From: a virus
Lineage: Duplodnaviria; Caudoviricetes
Direction: 5' to 3' (one strand)
DNA: 64,000 nucleotides
IMG/VR virus record: IMGVR_UViG_3300044935_000065
In this document: positions 48,828 to 55,894 of the stretch, in pieces
Layout: each line of letters opens with the position of its first letter
Numbering within the stretch: the first letter of the stretch is position 1
The notes under the pieces: generated by a model
What the model was told of the DNA's origin: nothing
Database searches by the model: none
Seen by the model: the letters and a program-made list of their open reading frames with translations, nothing else
Translations under genes and position numbers: made by a program

Positions 48828-48936
48828 TGTATGCCTCAAATAGTTTGGACGTGCACGGCGGCGTATGCGGGCCGAAAGGGAACAAAACTACCAACATACG
48901 TTTTGATCCTGCCGCACACGTCCAACTCGCCATGCC

Positions 48937-49959
48937 TTAGCCCTGCTGCAAAGAGCGAGCGAACTTGAACAGTCCGCGAGCGTTAGCAAATTCTGGATCT
49001 TCGATCATATGACCGTTCGGGAAGTTTTCAGAAATCTTCTGAAAAAGTGCGCCGCCACCGCCAACGAACACGACAGCATTCATTTGAGCGCCCGAACCAA
49101 TACGACGTTCGATTTCTCTTACAATCTTAGCTTCATGCTCACGCTTGATCGGATCGACAAGAGCGCTAACGTCGATATCCTTGCCCCAAAGTCGGATAAC
49201 TCCTTCACGAACAGCGCGGTCGATGACCTTGGTCGCGAAAGTGTCCTTGATCTTATGTTCTGCAGCAATAACCGCTTCAACGGCTTTGTAGACATCCAGA
49301 ACGCCGATATTCGCGGTTCCAGAGCGAGCATAGTCAACTTTGGTTGGCTGGTCCGCCTGACTGATTACGGTAGCGATATCCGTTGTGCGCCCACCAATAT
49401 CAACGATTGCGACGGCACCTTCGGCGTCATGGCGCTCGGTCAAATCGTCATTGTAGATATAATCTACCCATGCAGCGACAGCCTGACAGCCAACACGGAC
49501 ATCATGAATCGAGGCGACAGAGCCATCGCCTGATACACTGACTTTCTTCAGAAGGTTAGCACGCTTGGCGTCAATCTTCTGCTGATCCTTGATACCATTG
49601 ACGAAATAGTCAGCGACCGGAAGGCCTGCAATAATTTCGACATCCTTTGCACCGTATCCGCCACCGACTAGAGCGTGATTGACAAGAACACGGTTCATGG
49701 CAGATAGGTGGAAACCGTCGAACTGCGTGTTTTCCGAAGCAACATCTTCAGAAACCGTGAATGGTCCTTCTTCAGCCGTATCATAGAGACCAACCGAACC
49801 TGAACCCGAAATCTCGCCAAGACCCCAACGGCCTGAACGAACAGACGAGCGCATGCAGAACTTCCTGATGCTGCCATCTTCTGCTTCACCATATAGTTTA
49901 GTTTGTGCATAGCCGTCATCAATTGCGACCAGCAACTTCTTATTTACGTTCTCAGACAT
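48937..49959 (-). CDS. parM: Actin-like plasmid segregation ATPase ParM/StbA
   Basis: AIDDGYAQTK, VDIGGRTTD, VGGGG, EFANARG actin-fold motifs. Confidence 0.92.
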   Translation of the reverse strand: MSENVNKKLLVAIDDGYAQTKLYGEAEDGSIRKFCMRSSVRSGRWGLGEISGSGSVGLYDTAEEGPFTVSEDVASENTQFDGFHLSAMNRVLVNHALVGGGYGAKDVEIIAGLPVADYFVNGIKDQQKIDAKRANLLKKVSVSGDGSVASIHDVRVGCQAVAAWVDYIYNDDLTERHDAEGAVAIVDIGGRTTDIATVISQADQPTKVDYARSGTANIGVLDVYKAVEAVIAAEHKIKDTFATKVIDRAVREGVIRLWGKDIDVSALVDPIKREHEAKIVREIERRIGSGAQMNAVVFVGGGGALFQKISENFPNGHMIEDPEFANARGLFKFARSLQQG

Positions 49960-50056
49960 CTTTTCCCTTTCCGTCTATCAAGAACAATTTAGTCTGAAAT
50001 TAAAAACCCTCAGACTTTTGGGCTATCTGTTTTAAATCGCACAGATTGATTGCGAT

Positions 50057-50401
50057 TTATTTGAATAATCCGTCTTTTTTGAGCGGGGTGAGCTTTACAG
50101 GTGTCTGGTCAAGAGGTTTTTCCCATGCCATGCGACGGTGCATGCTATCGGCCAGCCCTCGAATTTTATATTTCGGCAACGCAGGGCGATATGCACCCGC
50201 GAAATTCTCACGAACAGCGCGCATTGCGCCCATAAAGCCAAGGCCAACCCGTTCGACCCACCAGCCAAGCATAATGACGATGACATCAATTGTTAATGTC
50301 CAAAGACGTACATGCATAAAGCTTGCGAGAATAATTATACCAACTCGAACATCGAGAAAGAAAAATCGCGCAGGTCGATATGTGTTATTCCAATGAGCCA
50401 A
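50057..50401 (-). CDS. icmT: Type IVB secretion protein IcmT/TraK
   Basis: HW.NT.RPARFFFLD.R motif followed by TM segments. Confidence 0.85.
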   Translation of the reverse strand: MAHWNNTYRPARFFFLDVRVGIIILASFMHVRLWTLTIDVIVIMLGWWVERVGLGFMGAMRAVRENFAGAYRPALPKYKIRGLADSMHRRMAWEKPLDQTPVKLTPLKKDGLFK

Positions 50402-50451
50402 TTTTACCTCCTTTTTTAATTATCCTCGAACCAATGAATCTCACAAATAAA

Positions 50452-51654
50452 TTAGCTCTTACCCTTCGAAGCCACACGTTTGTATGTTTCTTTGTCAATA
50501 AGGCCATCGTAAAGAAGTTTTAGCGCGGATTCCTGCATGGTTTGACCAATTGCCGCCTGCTCTGCAAGAAGACGACGAGCAAGCCGTGGCCAGCTATCAA
50601 CATCCTTTTCATTGAGAAAACGGTCACGGACTTTGGGGCCAAAAACCATAAATTCACGGCAACCAATTTTACCGCCGCCTTTTTTAGGAAGGAGAAGCTG
50701 CGTAACAATCATGCGCAAGGATTCCATGATGTCGACACCCATAGCGCGGCGACTGGATTCCGGAAACGGAATAATTGCACGACGTAGTGTTTCAGCGACA
50801 CCAATAGTATGCATCGTCGTGTAGACAAGGTGGCCAGTCAATCCTGCTTCAACGGAAGCTTCAATCGTTGCCTTGTCTCGCGCTTCACCAATTATAATAA
50901 TTGTTGGTTTGCGTCTAAGGGCGTTTCTGACGCAATAAGCGAAAATCGAACCTTCATCTCCATCGCCTTGACGCGGCCGCAAGTCTTTACCCGCATGAAC
51001 CTGGTGAATAATCGACGATGGCATATCTATGTTGTCGTAAACATATTCAATTGGATTAGAATATTCGAGAATTTTTTCATTGGCATCCTGAGGCTCGACA
51101 ATCATACGAACTCCTGAAGAAAGCAACGTCGATTTGCCAGAACCTGTAGGACCCGTCACAAACACAAGACCCTGCTCGGGCCGCCAATTATCAAGGATCG
51201 CTTGCTCGATATTTAATTTACTTATTTCAATTGGCTGAGATGGTAACGTTCTGATCGTTAGCTGCGGGCCTTTTCCGCCAATCATACGACCATTCGTAAT
51301 GTTTACGCGATAACGACGTTGTCCTAAACCGTTAATGCGTACTTCATGTGCTGGATCAAGGTCGTAACCAGAGGCCAACTGAGCAGGCCCATCTTCCTGA
51401 TAGACATATCGAACCAGATCGTCGACTTCGGCACTCGAAATGATTTTATTGGTTACAGGAACAATCTTGCCGCCTATTTCAGCTTTAACGACCATGTCAG
51501 GCTGAATCGTGATATCGGAAGCCTTGCGGTCAGCGCAGAATAACAGTAAGTCGTCAAAGTTATCGCGGTTGAGATGAAGGCCCCAATCGCCAAAAAGCTC
51601 ACCGTCATAACTCTCCGCAAATATTGTTTCTTTCTTTTTGTCTTCTTCGCTCAT
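50452..51654 (-). CDS. dotB: Type IVB secretion ATPase DotB/TraJ (PilT-like)
   Basis: ASDITIQ, GPTGSGKST, PIEYVY, ALRRKP..I.IGEARD, TGHLVYTTMH. Confidence 0.92.
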   Translation of the reverse strand: MSEEDKKKETIFAESYDGELFGDWGLHLNRDNFDDLLLFCADRKASDITIQPDMVVKAEIGGKIVPVTNKIISSAEVDDLVRYVYQEDGPAQLASGYDLDPAHEVRINGLGQRRYRVNITNGRMIGGKGPQLTIRTLPSQPIEISKLNIEQAILDNWRPEQGLVFVTGPTGSGKSTLLSSGVRMIVEPQDANEKILEYSNPIEYVYDNIDMPSSIIHQVHAGKDLRPRQGDGDEGSIFAYCVRNALRRKPTIIIIGEARDKATIEASVEAGLTGHLVYTTMHTIGVAETLRRAIIPFPESSRRAMGVDIMESLRMIVTQLLLPKKGGGKIGCREFMVFGPKVRDRFLNEKDVDSWPRLARRLLAEQAAIGQTMQESALKLLYDGLIDKETYKRVASKGKS

Positions 51655-51665
51655 TTAATTCTACT

Positions 51666-51746
51666 TTCGAAATATTTGATTCAAAATTCCTTGCTCTTGA
51701 TTCAAACATTAGGAATTGGGATTCGAATTTCGAAACTTTCGATTCA
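51666..51746. promoter_or_regulatory. Phased GANTC array 1 (four GATTC, 21-bp period)
   Basis: GATTC at 51678, 51699, 51720, 51741 in the dotC-dotB gap. Confidence 0.75.
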
Positions 51747-51767
51747 ATTCCTAATGTTTTTGTTTTT

Positions 51768-52865
51768 TTAGAACCTGCCGCCCTTCTCGATCTTTGGCTT
51801 GTCAATTGATTTTGCTGAAGATGTTTTTGCAGGTTTTGGAGCAGGTTTTTTGACATTCGAAGTTTTCTTTTGAGGCTTCGCCACGGGCATATCTTCGGAT
51901 TGAACTGCAGCGCCCTTGTCGTCACCTTCCTTCGTCTTCGTTGTAGCCGATGCAGACCAGCCACGAGGATTGATCTGAAGGGATGGATCTTCAGTAATAC
52001 GGATCGCACGATCATTGACGCGCATGTCCTGACCAGTGCCTGTGTTACCCAGTTCTGCTTCTGCTAGACGTGCTGGTGAAACCTTGCCTTCTTCCAGAAG
52101 GGATTTATAACGAACCATGCCTGTGTAGTCGCGGTTTAGACGGTCAAGATTGGTTTGAAATATCTCGTTTGCCTGTTCTTCACCCTGTCTCCAGCCCTCC
52201 GAAACCCAACGTTTCCAGCTTTCTTTTTCGCTTGGAGTTCTGGGAAGAAGTGCGTCAGGAGGAGTTTCTGCTTCGTCAAAGTTTGAAACCAGATAGGTTT
52301 GCCACATTGGCGCAACAGACGTAAATCTCGACTGCTCGACAATTTCGTAGACAGTATCAGCAACACGCAGGGTTTTTCCTGCATCCGATGACTCCCAGCT
52401 TTCCTGTGCTTCAACAATAATTGGTGGATTGACCATGACACCGTTAGGGCCGGAGATCATGAGACTCTGGAAATTATACGATGTCGATAATTCACTAGCA
52501 CGGGCATCCAAACGACGATTGATTTCACGCGTGGCATAAGCCAGACCTGCACGAGCACCATAAGCCGCTGCGGCTTCCCGCATTGCAGGTTCTCGTAGAC
52601 GATCTTCCTTGCTTGTCGGGCTTTCTTTCTTCGGCGCGCGATCAGTTTTCGATATAATTTCGCCTAGAGTTGCAGTTTTTTTCGTCGGAATTTGACCTGC
52701 ACCAGTATTATATCCTGGATTTACGTCAGCACGTTGCTTGGCATCCGATGCAGATTGGACTGCATCGGGCGTTGGTACAACATTTCCAGACATTACCGTA
52801 CATCCAGAGGCGGTTATTGCGATAAGAGAAACAGCAGTTAGATAGCTGATACGCATACTGTACAC
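51768..52865 (-). CDS. dotC: Type IVB secretion lipoprotein DotC/TraI
   Basis: Lipobox ASGC; REAA..YGARAGLA, PP.WQTYL-like segment, W..GW..G..QA..IF..NL.RL.RDY.GM. Confidence 0.9.
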   Translation of the reverse strand: MYSMRISYLTAVSLIAITASGCTVMSGNVVPTPDAVQSASDAKQRADVNPGYNTGAGQIPTKKTATLGEIISKTDRAPKKESPTSKEDRLREPAMREAAAAYGARAGLAYATREINRRLDARASELSTSYNFQSLMISGPNGVMVNPPIIVEAQESWESSDAGKTLRVADTVYEIVEQSRFTSVAPMWQTYLVSNFDEAETPPDALLPRTPSEKESWKRWVSEGWRQGEEQANEIFQTNLDRLNRDYTGMVRYKSLLEEGKVSPARLAEAELGNTGTGQDMRVNDRAIRITEDPSLQINPRGWSASATTKTKEGDDKGAAVQSEDMPVAKPQKKTSNVKKPAPKPAKTSSAKSIDKPKIEKGGRF

Positions 52866-52868
52866 CTT

Positions 52869-53414
52869 TTACTTGCCGAATTTCGGCGATGATCCAGCTA
52901 CGCTTCGTGGCTGCTGATGCTGCTGAAGATAACGGAATTCAACGCGTTTGATGTTCGGATCAACCGATACTTCGCCAAACGGGAATGCCTGAAGACCAAT
53001 GTTTTCGAGTGCTTTTGCAGCAGGAACATCGACAAGTGAAATGTTGATCGATGGCGGAATTGCGGGCGTATTACCTGTAATTGTGAAGCTGTATCCGATC
53101 AGAGCAGCAATTCTTTTAGCTGCTTCATGTGCAGGGCCACTCCAGTTAATTGTAGCAGGCGTCAATAATTCAGGAGGGAGATTGCTTTCATCCAGAGGAA
53201 GAGGAGCAGGTTTTGTCCGCGCAATTTGTACACGAGCTAGGTTTTCCTGAGCTTTTGCCGCGATCTGAACACTGGAGGCAATCTTACTGTCAACCTCTGC
53301 AAGGCCACGATAGCCCGTGTCTACTGATGATTTTGGGGCCGTAGAGGCGCAGGACGCAAGGATTAACCCTGCTCCAGCCGCTAAAAGCGCTTTCTTCGTT
53401 CCAACTGAAATCAT
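52869..53414 (-). CDS. dotD: Type IVB secretion lipoprotein DotG-independent core component DotD/TraH
   Basis: Lipobox LASC; WSGP......IA..IGY.F...G..P..P. Confidence 0.88.
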   Translation of the reverse strand: MISVGTKKALLAAGAGLILASCASTAPKSSVDTGYRGLAEVDSKIASSVQIAAKAQENLARVQIARTKPAPLPLDESNLPPELLTPATINWSGPAHEAAKRIAALIGYSFTITGNTPAIPPSINISLVDVPAAKALENIGLQAFPFGEVSVDPNIKRVEFRYLQQHQQPRSVAGSSPKFGK

Positions 53415-53600
53415 TTAGCTTTCTCCTGATTTACTCACAACCCACATTACATCGCAGGAAACTCATATTGATTTATGGTGACCTCGTATTAAATGCCGTG
53501 CAACCCCAAAAAGATTGCCGGTGACATCATTTAAATTGTCGGCGACTTTCCCGAGACCTGAAATAAATCGTCGGAGACTTTTTATAATTTGCATTAATAC

Positions 53601-53692
53601 GATTCATTAATCCGGAAATATGATTCAAAAATCATTTAAATTGATTCAAAACTCGATGCATTCGATTCGAATTTCGAAACAATATTTGAGTC
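53601..53692. promoter_or_regulatory. Phased GANTC array 2 (four GATTC, 21-bp period)
   Basis: GATTC at 53601, 53622, 53643, 53664; shares the 17-mer GATTCGAATTTCGAAAC with array 1. Confidence 0.75.
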
Positions 53693-54182
53693 ATTGTCTG
53701 AGATTTTGGTTTTTTGGCAATCCTGTTGCGTAGATAAATGTCTGCTGAGAGACCTCATCCAAAGGGCGGATTATTTTTTAGTCTTAAAATCGGTATGAAT
53801 ATGTAACGCATCAATGTTTCTAAAATTCGATTGGCTCACATTTGACTGACTTGAGCAGCAGAGTTTAGTCTGAGAACAGGTTTGGGTGTCAAAAAGGCTT
53901 TTTTGTTAAAAATGATAATTTTGGGCTTTTTATAACCGCCGACAAAACCCTCAGTAAACACTGGGGTTTTATAAAAGATGAATCGGATATTTCGAATTCC
54001 GAATCGGTTTTATAGAAATTGCGGTGTAATTAGGGTGGTTGGTAACATTTTTTATTTCGACATTCGAAGTCAATCTATATTTCCGATTCAAAACCCTTGA
54101 AACAGGTTGTTTTTTTATGGAGTAATGGGGGGAATACAAAAATAAACAGGGAATTGGTCCGCTAGCGCGTCCCAACCCCCAA

Positions 54183-55892
54183 ATGGGGGTCTTTCGCCCC
54201 CTGTCACAGCCACCAGAGGTGCCAATGACCGATAATGCCAGCTTTCAGCCCCGCCAGAACGGGCATCAGCCAAAGACAGAAACAAAGGCTTTCAGCCGAC
54301 CTACAGGTCTGGGCATCAAGCAAAACAAGCCTACTGACGCAGGCGTCGTCCTGCGTCGCAGTCCAGACCCCAAGGCCCCTGGCAGTTGGCGCGTCGCTCC
54401 GCTCCGCCCCCGTCCTTCCAATGTTGACACCAAGGACAATCGTGCTGGAAGCCCAATACATTCCAATGTTGACATCGATGATGTCGAGTTTGGAATTCAC
54501 TCCCACTCCAATGTTGACACCAAGGATGTCAAAAATTCGAACCCAAGACATGGCAACCAAGGCGCTGGCCTTAACAGACCATCTTCGACAACCAACAATT
54601 CCAATGTTGACACCAATGCTGGGTATGAAGCGGCACCGACTGTTTCATCACGTCCGGTTCCAACCAGACTTCGAGAATTCGATAAATCAAATTTGTCGGG
54701 TCCGAGTGGCCCGAATTTGGAAGTCCTTCGAAAACTTCGAGAAGCTACCAAGCAGCGTGTTACGGATCGGGCCAAATCCCGTGGTCGAGATCCAGGCGCT
54801 GGCGCTGTCGAAGTCAATAATGGACTAACGAGGTCTGCCAAGACGCACGAACAATATCTTGAACGCGGACGCTCTATGGTTAGTCGATATCAAAAAGAAA
54901 CAGGTCGCGACCAAGGCTCTCTTCAGAACCTCGATCCTCTCGAATTCGCAAAATGGTTTTTCAGTCTGAAGCCTACGGTAAAGTCTTCGACATGGCGTCC
55001 ATACCGACAAGCCGCGAAAGCCATTTTGTCTTCGATCCCTCACGATAATACCGAACAGGCCTTGGCCTTGATCGACGCTGATATTGTCGAAATCGAGATG
55101 ACGGATCAGCCCTTGCCAAAGTCGGAATTGGTTCCGAATTTCGAAGGAGATCGGAAGAAGTTGCCTCGAAAGACTTCAGCTCGAAAAGAGAAGAGATTTC
55201 CAAAAGTCGATTTCGACAAAGTCGTCTCATACCTTAAACATTTCTCTCGTTCGAAGCTGGCCCCAATTCTGGTTGACTGGATGGTAGCAGGAATATCGAC
55301 AGGACTTCGACCAATAGAATGGGCGACGACAGATATCGAAATCAGAGAGGACCCGAACGCTCCAGACGGTCGTCGAGTTTGGCTTTATGTTCTGAATGCA
55401 AAATCGACGAATGGTAGAGCTAACGGTGTTGTCCGAACTATCGACATATCGAATTTCACAGACGACACTCTGCGCGCAATTCGAAACATGAGTGCTAACG
55501 GCGCGTCATGGCTGTCGAACGGAGAATACGACACGACGCAAAGTCAGGTCGCACAATTGCTTTATTCGACGTCGCAGAAGCTATTCACTGGCCGAGTTCG
55601 AGTTTATTCCCTTTATTCCCTTCGACACCAATTCATTGCGAATGCCAAATCGTACCAGAAGCCGGAAGAGATTGCAGCCATTGTCGGTCACGGTGTTACA
55701 GTCACGGCTGCCGAGAATTACGGCAAGAAGCGTTCAAGCTGGGGACCAGACGAAATTCCGGAACGTCCGAAAGCGGTGGCAGATGAAGTCGCGACTGTTA
55801 AGCAATCTCTCGAATTCTACGCAAACCGAATTAAGCTTCAGGAAGAGGCCGGACTGATACGACCTAACCGTCGCTTGAATGTGGAGGAATAA
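54183..55892 (+). CDS. Tyrosine-recombinase-fold protein with a long disordered N-terminus
   Basis: GLRPIEW (R), NAKSTNGR (K), LYSLRHQF, VGH...AAENYG (H,Y); likely start at 54225. Confidence 0.8.
   Translation: MGVFRPLSQPPEVPMTDNASFQPRQNGHQPKTETKAFSRPTGLGIKQNKPTDAGVVLRRSPDPKAPGSWRVAPLRPRPSNVDTKDNRAGSPIHSNVDIDDVEFGIHSHSNVDTKDVKNSNPRHGNQGAGLNRPSSTTNNSNVDTNAGYEAAPTVSSRPVPTRLREFDKSNLSGPSGPNLEVLRKLREATKQRVTDRAKSRGRDPGAGAVEVNNGLTRSAKTHEQYLERGRSMVSRYQKETGRDQGSLQNLDPLEFAKWFFSLKPTVKSSTWRPYRQAAKAILSSIPHDNTEQALALIDADIVEIEMTDQPLPKSELVPNFEGDRKKLPRKTSARKEKRFPKVDFDKVVSYLKHFSRSKLAPILVDWMVAGISTGLRPIEWATTDIEIREDPNAPDGRRVWLYVLNAKSTNGRANGVVRTIDISNFTDDTLRAIRNMSANGASWLSNGEYDTTQSQVAQLLYSTSQKLFTGRVRVYSLYSLRHQFIANAKSYQKPEEIAAIVGHGVTVTAAENYGKKRSSWGPDEIPERPKAVADEVATVKQSLEFYANRIKLQEEAGLIRPNRRLNVEE
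54417..54616 (+). repeat. Four copies of TCCAATGTTGACA within the recombinase gene
   Basis: Starts at 54417, 54462, 54507, 54600. Confidence 0.85.
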
Positions 55893-55894
55893 AC

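Noticed and set aside
45075-48915. ATCCTGC words (45081, 48906) resembling a MOB-P nic site
   Set aside because: Short matches expected by chance, both embedded in other hairpins, and no MOB-P relaxase in the window
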